Of a stretch of DNA of 64,000 nucleotides, positions 26,810 through 41,290 are shown piece by piece. Made by a program: the position numbers and the translations under genes. The notes beneath the pieces were generated by a model, which searched no databases, was not told where the DNA came from, and saw only the letters and a list, made by a program, of their open reading frames with translations. The stretch is from Octopus vulgaris (lineage: Eukaryota). Each line of letters begins with the position of its first letter. Position 1 is the stretch's first letter. The stretch spans positions 12,152,001 through 12,216,000 of the forward strand of contig OX597829.1 of NCBI GenBank assembly GCA_951406725.2. The letters run 5' to 3'.

Positions 26810-28740
26810 ACCTACCTCTACATGTATATATACATGTATATATGGGTACAGGACACCAAAAAAACGTCGAACACAATGAGAAACGAAAACATAAACACAA
26901 AACCAGGGAAATGGACATTTTTCTTAAACAACGAAAAAATAGTGTCGCCTTTGTTTCATCTACTCTACGTTTCGAAGGTCAACACCAAGTAATTTAGGGG
27001 TTGTGGATCCAACGCACTAAGGGTTAATATTAGTGTTGTTTATTTACTAAAGAATCCAATCTTATCTCAACTTATTAATTAAACAATTCAGCTTATGTTT
27101 GCATTTAATTTTTTTTCAGCAATGTTGTCTTGGCCTTTAAGATTGCCATGAACTCATGAGTACACAACAGACAGAACTTATTCCCTACTCCACATGATTT
27201 CGTTCTTACAAATGCTGCAATATCCTTTGTTTAATTTTATTCGATGTAGATCCAATGTATGTCATATATGAATTTTCGCCATTATTATTATTATTGCTAC
27301 CCTCACCTTGACCATTCCTACCTCTCCTTTAAGTTAAATTACAATTATTTTTATCCCTACAATTAATATATGTTGAGTTATTACCATTATTATTGGGATA
27401 TTTATTTAATTTATTAAGATAAAATTTATTCAGCTTATATTTATTTAATGATGAGATAATATTACCTACATTACTAGTAGTCGAATATCCTACTATATTA
27501 TTTTTAGAAAAAATATTACTGTATTTTTTATTTTCAATAATAAATAATTGTATTATTTTAGTGATTTATTTTATAATAATTACTTTTAACCTGGGCGCCA
27601 TAAGGAACGATCATTATTTATATTTATGCTACTAGTTCTCATTTATTTGTTATCATTATTGTTATTATCATTATTATTTATAAGTGGATCTGGTTTATAC
27701 CTACCATTTAGTCTTATATATTTCTTTATATTTTTATTTTTGTTTTTATCCTTAATATTATTTATATTTTTTGTGTTTTTTGTATACTCCTTGTACTCAA
27801 TAAAATCTCGATATTTTTCTCTATTAAAGTTATTATAATTATTATTATTTTGTTTTTATTTTTATTTTTATTTTCATTTCTATTTTTATCTATATAAGTA
27901 TTATCGAGGTCTTTAACGTTATCATCTTATATATAATTTTTACTATTTATATTATTATTGTAGAATCTAATCCCATCCTTATATCCCGGGAAGCTCTCAT
28001 AATTCGATGAAAGCATAGAAATTCTTATTCCTATATTAGCTATCAGTGTTTTCTTAATTGCAGGGAGTGGTTACTGTATGCGTTTATATATTTCAAAATT
28101 TCATTCGTTTTGTGGAATGGTTGTGTAATTCCTGTTAAAATATTAAAATTGACATCTAAAAAGTTAACATAATTCTCTTTATATATCGTAGTTCCTAATC
28201 CGTATCTTTTAAAGAAGCTATATAATATATTTTTATATGTTTCAAATGTTCTTTTTGTTCAGTTTTTAGTTATTAAGAACAAGTCCCTCCTGTCCCTCTA
28301 ATAAGCTGTCTCTTTAATGCGTTCAAAATAATTTTTCCATCGTCTTGGCTTCACAGCCCTCATCGTTTGTTTTTACTGTGTTATTCTTTTTGTCCTGTCT
28401 TTTACTGCTTTTACATGTATTATTTTACTGTCTTGTTTTGTTCTTACTCTCCTGTTCTTGTTACCACTTTTACCCCTCCGCAAAAAATCTCAAATTTTAT
28501 TTAATTTGTTTTGCGGGAAGGACTGTTTCAACGAAGTTGCGTCTTGTCCTTACATTCGAACGCAGAATAGACGAAACAGAGACAACTGAAGAGGGGGAAT
28601 ACTCCTTGTGTTGTATGTCTTGTACTCTGTTTTTTCGTTCTTTGAAAAAAAGTTCGTTTCCATGTTTTTGTTTTTATGTTTTCGTTTCTCATTGTATTCA
28701 ACGTTTTTTGATGTCCTATATATACATATAGATGTAGGTA
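26810..28740 (-). mobile_element. Penelope-like element with inverted pLTR (family B)
   Basis: Minus strand HKTNEILKYINAYSNHSPAI (~28040-28115) and TYIGSTSNKIKQRILQH / FCLLCTHE (~27150-27265); 26810-26990 is an inverted, internally deleted copy of 28540-28740. Confidence 0.8.
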
Positions 28741-28762
28741 TATATATATATGTATGTATATA

Positions 28763-28848
<86 letters not shown>

Positions 28849-28872
28849 TATATATATATAGATAATCATACA

Positions 28873-28906
<34 letters not shown>

Positions 28907-29568
28907 CATATATATACATATACATAAATATATATATATCCACACATCCATCCATCTATCGATGTATCTATCCATCCATCTATCTACCCAACTATCCAAC
29001 TCGCTTTCTGTTTGTCCCTCTATCTATCTACTTATCTATCATTCTCTCTGTTTCTAGCTGTCTCTCTCTGTTTGTGAGACTGTCTGTCTATCTATCTATC
29101 TATTTTCCAGTCTGTCTCTCTGTCTATCTGACTATTCATATGAAACCATAGACGCACGTATGTGTGTATGATTGTGTGCGTTTATGTGCTTTGTGTGTGT
29201 GTGTTTTTCTGCGTCTGTGTGTTTGTGTATGCACTAAACTTGCGCCGTAAACAGTCGACGTAAATCCGGTATTGGTTCTATTTATTTTTCTCTTACCTTT
29301 TTACATTTAACCTCTCTTTAATAAATTGTATAAAACCAAACATTAGATCTTCTTCTATTTCTTTGCTGCTTTATCGTTCCATATTGCTACCCCTTTCACC
29401 GCCACCTGTTTTTCTTGTCTAACATCAAATACTTTATTCTTCATTTCTCTTTATCAGAACTCATAATCTTTCTCATTTTATTTGTAGGTTTATTTATCCC
29501 TCCACAAATATACACATGTTCACCTACGCATTAAATTCATATATCGCTACTCACTTTTTGTTTTTCAG

Positions 29569-29597
29569 ATTATACTTTCCCAAAATCTCAACCACAG
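29569..29597 (+). CDS. Candidate host micro-exon (29 nt)
   Basis: CTCAC branch-like site + T tract + CAG acceptor; CAG|GTATGA donor; open frame xYTFPKSQPQ; unique sequence. Confidence 0.4.
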
Positions 29598-30119
29598 GTA
29601 TGAAATATAGCTGGAAGCCAACGAAGGAACTCCTACGGTTCCTCGACCTTTTTATTTTAACTCTTATTCAGATAGTATATAATAAAACCAAGTGACAGAA
29701 ACTAGAATTCTTTGAACATATAACGGCAAGTAATGTTTGGAAAAACGTAAAATATTCGAGTGCCGGAAGGACAAAGAATCGCCGTGACATCAAACAGCTG
29801 TTTAGAGATAATTAAACGGTTTTATGAATAATCAATTTAACTACATGAAAAGCAATTTTAGAGAGAAAATCACAAAAATATTTAGAACATACAGGAGCCA
29901 ATAACAGTTTTGAAAATTTGAAAATATTTGTCGGGAAAAAATATATAAGTATGTACGTGTATATGTAGATACAAACACGTACGTATGTATATATGTGTAT
30001 ATCTGTTATGCATGTGGTATATGTATATGTACACCCACACACACACATATATATATAAGAGTATATAGAAATAGAGGTATATATGCGTGTACCTGCATAT
30101 ATGTGTCTATGTATATATG

Positions 30120-30170
<51 letters not shown>

Positions 30171-30291
30171 CTGTGTACACACACATACACACATAGATAT
30201 GCACATATATATACGAGTATATAGAAATAGAGGTATATATGCGTGTACCTGCATATATGTGTGTATGTATATACGCATACATATATACACT

Positions 30292-30425
<134 letters not shown>

Positions 30426-30609
30426 AGGTGTTGGTATCCCAAAGCCCCAAGATGGCAGGGAAGGCTATGTAAGTGCTACAGGAGGACCGTGATTAGACGA
30501 CTGATGAGTTTAAGGCGGGTCTTGTGGGAGCATGTATTTGTCAAATAAAATGAGGCAAATGAGCCAAAGCATAGTGGAATTTGCAGGACATATTTAAAGA
30601 GAATGGTAA

Positions 30610-30650
30610 TCTTACAGCTGTTTCTGGGATATTAGGGATATCATCAGAGA
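30610..30650 (-). ncRNA. Degenerate hammerhead in Penelope remnant (30424-30950)
   Basis: Minus strand TCT-CTGATGA-...-GAAAC-AGCT-GTA-AGA; core intact but stem II does not pair. Confidence 0.5.
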
Positions 30651-30949
30651 AAATTTGAGAGAGTTAACTGGAAGGTAATAGTAGAGTTCAATATAAGGAG
30701 TTATTTTGGAAAAGGGTGGATATACGAAGTATAAAGGGAAATAAGAGGACAAAAATTAAAACGTATATATGAAGTTACAATTGTAGTCCAAGTAAAGTGC
30801 TGTGTAGAATGGGTAGAAATGCTTTTCGTCCATCGTATGTAGTTTCCGATAGGAAATTATGAATCCACACTATCCATTTGTAACAGTAAAATATGAACTC
30901 CTATCGAAATCTACATACCATACCATGGACAAGAAGCATTTCTGTCCAT

Positions 30950-31042
30950 AGCACCTTGAACACGTGTCCTCCTGTATAGCCTTGGGTCGACCAAAACCAT
31001 GTGAGTGGACTTGGTAGACGGAAAGTGGAAGATACCCGTAGT

Positions 31043-31100
<58 letters not shown>

Positions 31101-31325
31101 GTATACTACAGAGACAGACAGACAGATACACCCAGACATCCTCCACACACAAATTTTATATATACATATATCTGTCCCAGTAACTTAGCGGTGTGGCGAA
31201 AATGAGCGATAGACTATGTACTAGGCTTACAAAGAATAAGTATTGGAGTCAATTTCCTCGACTAAAAACACTTTAAGGCGGTACTCCAGTATGGCGGCAG
31301 TCAAATGGCTGACACAAGTAAAAGA
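30950..31325 (+). mobile_element. tRNA-derived SINE with internal microsatellite
   Basis: Core TTGGTAGACGGAAA and tail GCAGTCAAATGGCTGA shared with other copies. Confidence 0.75.
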
Positions 31326-31342
31326 ATCATAAATATAAAAGA

Positions 31343-32480
31343 ATATTGTTATATTTCGGAATGGTCATTTTGCCAGTTTAGCCAATAAAAACACACGCAC
31401 TATATATTTGGTGTTACTTTGGTTCAGTGTTATTTATTTTTTACATTAATCTTAATCTTATTTCGGCCAGAGTTCTTTCGTCACACTCCTGTGACCGCAT
31501 CAGTGGTCCTTTGTTTTCTTCTTACTGATTTGTGTCTCTCCTTACTAACCGTCAGCCATTTTGTATTTCTATTGTATGTCTTCATTTGCGCATGCTTATA
31601 TCTCTATGTGGGTCTATGTTTAATTAGTGTGTGTGTGTGTGGGGGGATGCCTGTAATATTTATATCTTCTGTTTATATACGTTCATGTAATTTGTTTTTG
31701 TTGTTGTTTTTGTTTATTCTTATTTTGTTCATGTGTTTACAACCACTTATTATTATCATTACATATGCTTGTATGTATGTATAACAACAATACTAGTAAT
31801 AATAATAATAAATCGAAAAAAAAATAATATAGTTATTTATTTCTATTTATTTATTTATCTGTGTATTTATTATGTTTTCGAGATCCTCTACCGTCATATG
31901 TTGTGGTGTGTGCTAGTGTTCCATTCTAGTTTTCTATTCAGGCTAGGTTTATTTTCTATTATGTGTGTAGCTTCTGTAATTTGTCTGATTGTTGCATCTG
32001 TTCTATGTGTGGACAATATTTTAATTTGTATGTTGTTGATTGATCCGCCGTGTTCCTGTTCGGTGTGTTGGCACAGAATCGATGAGCTTTTACCTCCCTT
32101 GAGTTGTCTCCAATGCTCATTTACCCGCTCTTCTATGCTTCTTGCCGTTTCCCTTACGTATGACGTTGTCTTGTTACTGCATCGTCCCTCTATACACCTT
32201 ATACTATAGACTACATTTCTGGCTTTACAGTTTGTTTGTAGGCTAAATCTACATACAGTATAGTACTTATCCGTACAGGAGGTTCTACTAAAAGGATAGG
32301 TTCTACCAATTATAGATTTGATAGGGTTGCCTGGCTTTTCAACAACCTGAATCCTTAGCTTAAATTTGTCTAGGGTCCTTCTAAAGCGGTACGCCAGTTC
32401 ACCTCCAGGGGTGGTGTCAACGAACATGACACTCTGGTATTTATGGCTATCATACCAAGAGTTGGTCTTCCCTATTTTCT
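31343..32480 (-). mobile_element. Family A Penelope-like copy (GIY-YIG domain + pLTR)
   Basis: Minus ORF portion 31894-32480 nearly identical to 2971-3558 (YVGET>YVRET); same pLTR. Confidence 0.9.
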
Positions 32481-32581
32481 TTTTTATAAAAGAATATATA
32501 TATAGAAATATACATATATAATAATATAAATAAAATATATACATAGGTATATATACATACATATATGTACATACTGACATA

Positions 32582-32665
<84 letters not shown>

Positions 32666-32669
32666 CATA

Positions 32670-32845
32670 TATGGGTACAGGACGTCACAAAACGTAAACA
32701 TGAAATCCAAAAGACAAACTTTGTTTTTGCGAACAACGAGAGAAACAAATGGAAAACAAAACAAGTAACATAAAGTACGACCCTTCATCAGTTGTCGATA
32801 AAACATTTGCAAGATCTTTGATATAAGATGCTGTGATGAAACCGA
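32670..32845 (-). mobile_element. Family B-like pLTR 3' fragment
   Basis: Minus strand GACAACTGATGAAGGG..TATGTTACTTG and GACGTCCTGTACC end shared with 47345-47470. Confidence 0.6.
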
Positions 32846-33019
32846 TGTTGTTATGGTTGGGAAAGTCATATTTTGCCAATTATACACACGCACTATATAC
32901 TTGGTGTTCACATTAATTTTATTATTATTATTATTATTATTGTTATTACTCTTGTTGCTGTCGTTGTTGTTGTTGTTGCTGCTGTTGTTATTGTTATTAT
33001 TATTATTATTATTATTACT

Positions 33020-33541
33020 TTTTTTTTCTTCTTCTTTCAAATTTGCTATCATTTCTTGCCGAGTGTCTTCCCGACTCCTAGGGCAAAGAAACTCATAGTA
33101 TACATTGGTAGGCCATTAAACCAAACTCAGTAGTTCGTTCGTTCATTTTATTTTATTTTATTTTTTTTTAAAGTTAAATTAAAATACATGAGCAGCAACA
33201 GTTCTCACATCGACAATGCTCTTCTCAATACGTGTGATGTACCAGTTAAGACAATCTTTTGCACTTCTTGCAGGGATGGTAAGCCAGGGATCATTCTCAT
33301 ATAATTTTCGGTTCCCTTCTTGATCATTCCTAGTGCTCCTACGATCACTGGTATTGTAACCGCCTTGAGATGCCACATTTTCTCAATTTCAATGAGTAGG
33401 TCTTTATATTTTCTGAGCTTGTCAAACTCTTTCGCTGAGATATTATGATCACAGGGGATGCTCATGTCGATCAATAAGCAAACTTTATTGTTTTGGTCTT
33501 TCACAACAATATCTGGTTTATTGGCCTTGATGGTTCGGTCT

Positions 33542-33542
<1 letters not shown>
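33020..33542 (-). mobile_element. Dong/R4-like 3' end in (TAA)n
   Basis: TDRTIKANKPDIVVKD...LIDMSIP...EK...KYKDL...PVIVGALG; (TAA)n on both sides. Confidence 0.88.
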
Positions 33543-33618
<76 letters not shown>

Positions 33619-33985
33619 GCTCTTTGTCAAACTCTTTCGTCACAAATCCTGTGATCTCGTCAATGAATCTTTACACACGTGTCTCTTGTTCTGCTTATTT
33701 CATTTTGTCTTTCTTTGGGATGTATCTTTATCTATGCACGTACACACAAACACACACACATACAGACGCAAATGCATGCTCAGGTAAGGATAGATACCTC
33801 AGAAAGATAAAATGGAGTAAGCAGAGAGTAAGTGGGGTAGAGAGTCGCTGAATGTGAGAAGAAAGAGCATTCACAAAATACCAAAATAATAATCATGATA
33901 ATAATGATAATAGTGATAAAGCTGAAACGCATATATACCGTGCATCTGTGTAATTGGTAATAAATGATCATCCTCTAGTATTACA

Positions 33986-34033
<48 letters not shown>

Positions 34034-34126
34034 TAAGATAGATGGATAGATAGAATGATAGATTGATAGATAGATAGATAGATAGATAAATAGATAAATA
34101 GATAGATAGATAGATAGATAGATAGT

Positions 34127-34157
<31 letters not shown>

Positions 34158-34188
34158 TTAGATAGATAGATAGATAGAATGATAGATT

Positions 34189-34222
<34 letters not shown>

Positions 34223-34511
34223 CAGATAGATACATAGATAGATAAGATAGATAGACAGATAGATAGATAGATGGATTGATAGATAAGATAGATAAGATAA
34301 GATTGATAGATAAGATAGATAGATAGATAGATAAAGATAGATAGATAGATAGATTGATGGATGGATGGATAGATAGATAGGCAGACAGACAGACATACAG
34401 ATAGATAGATAGATAGATAGATGGATAGATAGATAGACAGATAGATAGATTGATGGATGGATAGATAGATAGGCAGACAGACAGACATACAGATAGATAG
34501 ATAGATAGATT

Positions 34512-34553
<42 letters not shown>

Positions 34554-34591
34554 CAGATAAGAGAGATAGATGGATGGATGGATAGATAGAT
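33986..34591. repeat. (GATA)n array
   Basis: Seen directly. Confidence 0.95.
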
Positions 34592-37500
34592 ATGTTCTTT
34601 ATTAGCCACACAAGGCTGCACACAGACGGGACAGATTACAAAGTAGAGCTTTTCTTTTTGGGGGAGAGAAAAAATATAATGGTGGGTAGGTTTTCGATCG
34701 AAAGGGCTCGTAAAAGGGAAAGCAGAAAGAAGAAAAAAAAAGGAAAAGAAACAAAAAAGAAAAAACGATCAATAGGTATCGTGTATCACAGTGTCATGAT
34801 GTAAGATGTAAAGTGGGAAGCAGATAAGGCTTATCCATGGAAAGAAAAGCCTACGGAAAAGACCACGGTAACCTCGAGCAATATTGTTACATTTTACCAC
34901 ATTTATTTGCAAGTAGGTAACCCTCTGTTTTCAATTTCCGGGTTCATAAGGTGGCTTCGTCATTCATACGTGCCATTCTTGCTACATTCACCCATCTTTT
35001 TTTAAAACATTCGCTAGACAAAACTTGCCTCTCTACTCTCACTTTTCTTTTCAAGTGATACTTGAAAAAGTTGATTGAGAGATTGACCAGAGAGGAATGT
35101 GTTCGTCTCCAATCCTTTCAGACGCGTCCACCAGATACATTCTTTCGCTATAGCCACAAGTATGATAAAAATAGCTCTTCCTTCCCGTTTGAAGGAAGGA
35201 GGCGTGACAATATTGACGATAGACCGACTCGTACCACACGTGACAGCAGTTGTTCGACATAAGCCCACAGGTCGGAAATTGTTGGACGCTGCACGAGTGC
35301 GTGCAGAACGGTTTCGTCGCTCTGACCGCATCTCGGGCAGGTCGGCCCCATGTTTCTCGAGCCGTGTCTGTAGAGCTTATCCCGAACGGGTAGCGCTTCT
35401 CGGTAGCACTGCCAGGCCAGGGATCTCTGGAAGTTGTCCATGGGCCCTGGCCCGAAAGTCGTCCTGAACAGGCGAGTTAGGTATTCCTCGTCGACGTCCA
35501 GGTTCGCCCCGAGCTCGTCGTCTTACCTCCCCTCCAATAATTCCCTATAGAATGGTTGAGTTGTGTTGAAATACCTCAAGGTTGACCCGGGACGGCATAG
35601 TTGCTTGAGATCAACGCAACACTCGCGGTCCCATTCGCCCTTTCTCGGCCTGTTTTTGATCCACGACTGCAGTTCGGTCATGGAGACGAGCTGCGGGAAC
35701 GCGTGCCTCACAAACGGTGACCACATCTGTTCACCGTCGTCTACATAGAGCCAGAGATGTCGCAGTCTCAGCGCGTGTCTGCGCATCATCAACCACGGCA
35801 TGCCCAGCCATCCTTTTAATGGGTGTTGACAGCAAATAGATCGTCTGGCCATCGGGATGCATCCTTTCCACAAGAAGCGGAAGAGAATGCGTTCTAGTTT
35901 GGTGATGGAAGGTTCGGGACAAGGCACGACGGTCAGGCGGTAGTAGATGACGGACGCGATGTACGTGTTCGCCACCTCCGTCCGACCTTTTAGGGAGTTT
36001 TCTCTCGGCCTGGTGAGAGTGACCACCCTACTCTTTATCTCGTTCCAGTTCTTCTCCATTTGGAGGTCCGGACCAAACCAGACCCCGAGCAACTCGACCG
36101 GACCGTCGGTCCAGCGTCCTACGACGGAAGCGCTGGTGGACGGCATGGGCTTGCTTCTACAGGTGGCGAGTCACAAACCCACTGACTTTCCCCGGTTGAT
36201 TTTCGCTCCTGTCACCGCTTCGTAGTCTTTCAGTGTCTTGCCGACCTGCTCGATGTGCTCGTGGCCGGACACTATGACGGTGACGTCGTCCGTGTATGCA
36301 GACACGCTCATCCCGCATCCCAATTCTCGCGGGATGCCCCACAGAGTTGCCAGCTTCCACAATAGTGGCTAATAGAGAAGCGACGAGAGGGGGCATCCCT
36401 GACGGACCGAAAGTGCAATGTCGAAAGATCTCGACAGATGTCCATTTACGCGAACTACCGAGTGGATACCTCTGTACAAAGCGGCTATTCAGCCGCGGAA
36501 GACGCGATCGAAACCAGCCTCTCTCAGCGAATGTCTCCAAGTATCGATGATCTACCCTATCGAAAGCTTTCGATTGATTCAAATTGATCAGCGCCCCACC
36601 CATGCCAGGTTCCTTAACTACCCTGTCTATGATGTAGCGCATCAGATGGAGGTTGTCATGGATGCTCCGGCCCGACACGGCGCACGTTTGCGCCTTGTCG
36701 ACCAGTTTCTCGATGACAAGCGCCAACCCCTTGACTAACACCTTGGCCAAAACTTTCAAGTCTTCATTAAGCAGAGTGATGGGCCTAAAGTTGTCTATTA
36801 CATTCCCCTTGTTTAGATCTTTCTTCAGCAGTGTCACGGATCCTCGGCTCACAAAACCAGGAATGCTCCCGTTTTGCTGCCAGTTTCAGTACACCGCTGC
36901 CAAGACGTATCCAAACAAGTCTGGCATAAAACTGTAAAGCTCGTAGGGTAGACCATCCAAACCCGGCGATTTGTCTCTCGAGCATTCTGCTATCGCGTCC
37001 TACACTTCCGCCGCCGTGATGGCCCCTTCGCAGCGCCCTGCCTCTCTTGTTGAGAGTCGTGGTAGGCTGTGTAGGTAGGCACTGAAGTCCACCCTATGTT
37101 CTTTCCCGCCACTCGTCCGGAACAGTCGGGCAAAATGCTGTTGAAAGGCCTCACACATTTTATTTGGCTCGAGCAATTCGCGCCCCTGTTCATCTACCAG
37201 AGACCGAATAGTGGATTTGTTGCCCTGTTGCGCCTCTGCCACCCGGACTTCTCTCACGGCTCCAACACCTTCGTTCCTTAGAGCACGCATCCTAGCTCTG
37301 ACAACACAGACTTCGTGTTTGGCGTTGAAGTGTTGGTCGAGGGCCAACCTCCCCGCCAAAACGTCGCATGCGATGCCGCTTCTAATTGCCTCTTCAAGCT
37401 TCTTGACTAGCTCACCCTCTACTCTGTTTCTATCTATGGCTAGTGCTTTGCTGTACCTAATCGCTTCTGCTTTTACTGCTCTCTTGAGGGCAAACCACCA

Positions 37501-40451
37501 TGTGTTGTTGATGATGGCTCCCGTCAAAGCCATCTTTACTAGTGTGCTAATCCGGTCTCTGAAAACCTGCCTCGATGGGAAAGACGCGTTTAGTTTACAG
37601 TATCCGGGACCCTGTCTATGTGTCTTACCTAAGTCTAACGTACTTGTCGCAAGTTTGTGATCCTTGTAGCTGACTATGTAGAATTCAGGATATCCTACGC
37701 TATCTCTATCTACTGTCCTACACAGTATCCTATCTAGATACGATCTCGACGACCCGATGCGGTTGCTCCATGTCCACGTTGGCGCATTCGGGTGGTCGAG
37801 TCGGTACCTGTCAGACAGTTGAAAGTGTCTGAGCAGGTCTCTGAGGCATTTGCATCCCCGTCTATTCCTATCTCTGCCCACGTAGTCTACATGCGTGTCC
37901 AAGGTAGCATTCCAATCTCCCACTAAGAGTAAAGGACGAGACGTTCCCAAGAATACTTCTAGACGTAGAAAGAAATCCACCCGACCTGTTAAGGGTGATG
38001 CGTAGACTGATACGAGTCAAAAAGCGCACCCATTGCTGTCGTCGACATGCAGGACGACCAGTCTACTCACGGGGTCTACGAATATTGTCTTTACTTTGAG
38101 ATCCAGACTCTTGCGAAAAAGTACCACGGTGTCACTACCGCCCATTGTTCGCAGACAGGGGGGAAAATAAATGCTGAACTGTCCGCCAAACATGGTCTTT
38201 AGGGCCCGCGGATTGTGGAGTCTGGTCTCACTTATGGCTATGATTTCTAACTTGTCATTTAAGAGATACCCTTATTTCCAAGGGGAATCCAAACCACGCG
38301 CATTTACATAACCAGTCTTGATCATAATCCTAGTGAATTAGAATACAAGCGAACAGAGGGTTACTTACTGTTCGAAGGTTTTTGCTTTCTCCTCCTTTGG
38401 TTTGTCCTCGAGGAGATCCCTGTAAAATTTCTTTATGAGGTATTTTTGGCATTTACCAACCGCACTGTGGAAAATGCCTTTTACTGTGTGGTGCAGACTT
38501 CTGGATATATGTAATATTTTGATGTGATCCGGTGGTGTTGTGTATGGGTGATTGTTTGTTTTTATTTCATCTTCTGTTATGTTTGTTTTAGATTTGATGC
38601 ATTCCATCAAATTTGTGTTTTTGGTGTCTATAGCTGTGAGCATGTTTGCTGTATATATTTTTGTGGTGTTGGTGTGGCTGTTGTTTGTGGCGGGTTTCGA
38701 GATGTCTTCGGGAGGTGTATATCCCCCTGCTTTGTTTGTGTTTGCTGGTTTCGTCTTCCGACGAATTTTCTGAGGAATCAGAAGGGTGTAGGGGTATGTT
38801 GTAGGCTTCTATGTATATCTGTGTAAGTGGTTGTGTTGTTGTTTTCGTTGCTGTTGTTTGTGAGTGTTTGTATGTGGTGAGTGCGGTATAGGGGATGGGG
38901 AATAAGTCTTTGTATATTTTCTTTGTTTTTCTGTTCCTTTGGTTCTTGCTGTTGTTGGTGATGTTGGTATTTTCTCAGGTGTTTTCTTAGGTGTTGTATA
39001 ATTTTTGGTTGGTGATGGATTAGCTTGGTGTGCTTCTCTTGTCATCTTCTGTGTTGATGGTGGTGTGGGTAGTAGAGCTTTTTTCTCGGAGTGTTTTGGT
39101 TGTGGTAGTGGTTGTTGTTGTTGCTCTTGTTGTGCCGTGGTTGGACACTTCTTTTTCAAATGTGTTTCGCTTCCGCACAAATAGCAACGTGGTCGCCTGC
39201 CCTCCACCACTACACAGGGATTGTAGCCTTCTGGCAGTTCTATAGTGGTGGGTATCTTTTCTCTTGTTGTTTCATCCAATTGAAGGAGGAATTGGATTGA
39301 TTTTCCCACTCAGTTTTTCTGTTCTAGAATAACGATTTGAAGAATGTTTGTCTCTGACATTTCAAAGCAGATGGCAGAAACTAACCATTGTATTTCGAAT
39401 CCACGTGGTACATTTTTATTTGCATTTCGTCACCCTCTGGCCTAAATAGGTTGGTATCATCACCAAGTCGTCTGAATGCAGCTCCGATGTGGAAAATCGT
39501 TTTGCTAGATTTTCGTTGAGGAAACGTACTTGGACTGTGCCAAATTTATTTCCCCAACTAATATACTCTTTTGAATCCCATGCAGGACGAAGGCATTTTT
39601 CAATTTTTTGCTGCGGTGCATTTTCTGGTCGTCTTGTTTTCTTGTTGATGTCTTGGTAGATTATTGTTTTTTGTGTGTGTTTTCCACGATGTATTGTGGA
39701 ATGTGAAGATGCAATTTATCTCCTTTGGTGAAGAGTGCTTTTGTGAGGTTTGTTTCATGTGTGGCGAATTTTATACGATTGTCCGATTTTGTTTTGTCGC
39801 TTCCGCAAATTCGTTTTAATTTTGGTGGTGTTAACAGCAGTTAGTTGTTGCAGTTGAAGTCGTGGTAGTGGTGTTGGTGTTGGCGTTGTTGTCTTTTGTA
39901 GGCGTCTTTGTGCTGATTTCGTTGTTGTTGTTGTTGGTAGTGATGGTGGTGGTACTGGCATTTATGTTTGTGTCTGTATTCGTTTTTGAAATCCTTTTCT
40001 CCCTCCTTTTTTCATCGACAAGTGGTGTAGGGAGTGGGGGAAAATCTAAGTTAATGTCTTTGGTGGCAGCGATGGTGAATGGTCTTGCGACGTTAGTTTT
40101 GTTGTTGTTGGTGATGGTGGTGGTGATAGCGGTGTTCAAGCTGCGAGATTTAGCAGCTAATGGCAGCAATAGTGTTTCGCTACCGTTCCGCATGACTGGC
40201 GGGCTAGCCACGTGGTTTCTAGTTGCCATTTTCAAAATGAAAAATGGCTAAAAAGAACCCACGAAAGTTTTGGAAATTTTTTGGTAATTTCGCCCATACA
40301 GGGGCGGAATTCTACGTGAATAATTCTCAGGTTTTTTAGTGAATGAACTTGCACAACGATTAAAACAAAATATTTTACAACAAGGGGTTTTAAACATGTA
40401 ACAGTGGCCAACTTACGAGGAGCCCATTTGACTAGTGTCCATCCATGTCAA
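34592..40451 (-). mobile_element. Full-length decayed Tx1-clade LINE in (GATA)n
   Basis: ORF1 knuckle CYLCGSETHLKKKC (38809..39309); APE/RT pieces 37000..37980, 36157..36852, 35523..36146; AATAAAG at the 3' end; (GATA)n both sides. Confidence 0.92.
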
Positions 40452-40464
40452 GATAGATAGATAA

Positions 40465-40532
<68 letters not shown>

Positions 40533-40554
40533 ATATATAGATAGATGATGGATG

Positions 40555-40626
<72 letters not shown>

Positions 40627-41044
40627 TGCTTCCCTCGTGTTTTGATAGTAGTAAACAGTTTATTCATGTTTATTACAATGTACATTTACAAACATTTCTA
40701 AACGACACACACTTTCTTTGAGGTACCCGGAGAAAAAAGGAAAGCAATCTCTATCGTACATCATGTCAAGGAAGGCACAGCAAATTTTATGACTCTGTAG
40801 CTAGACGCCAAATTTTCCAAACCATATTGTGTAGAGTCTGGACCATGCTACTTGTGCACTTTTAAAGTATTTTTCATATTATTAATGTATCATCTCTACT
40901 TCTTAAATTTTAGAAGTTGACTATTTCGTCACCATGCGACTCCTCCAAATTTGTCCTGCGAAACTTTACTGTCAGTTGCTATCGATGGTGGTAGCGGCAT
41001 TACCTTCTATCCGAGTAGTTAATCTGGAACGAGTGATTGAGTCT

Positions 41045-41290
41045 TTTCATCCTGATGGATGCCAATGGTGACAGTGCCTATTCAGACTAAGAGTCGTATA
41101 GAGCAGCCGGAGGCATTTATCGCAAGGAAGTGTTGGCGAGGGACGAGGAACGGTGGTTTGCTTTTTGTGTGTTCGACGTCTGGTATATGCCTCTTGACGT
41201 CTGTTCTTTCCTATTTTATCCGTTCCCTTGACGATAGCATGCGCCACTTTGGGCGTTCCCTGACGATTTTCTCCCAAGTATTTGGGGTAA
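41045..41290 (-). mobile_element. RTE-like LINE 3' fragment
   Basis: Terminal CxxC..H motif LPCDKCLRLLYTTLSLNRH preceded by a basic stretch. Confidence 0.45.

Noticed and set aside
30057-30290. ~156-bp-period local duplication
   Set aside because: Ordinary slippage inside microsatellite-rich DNA
33781-33789. Strong donor CAG|GTAAGG
   Set aside because: No convincing upstream acceptor or open exon
40715-40800. EVPGEKRKAISIVHHVKEGT, weakly Merlin/IS1595-transposase-like
   Set aside because: Too short and degenerate; no TIRs found
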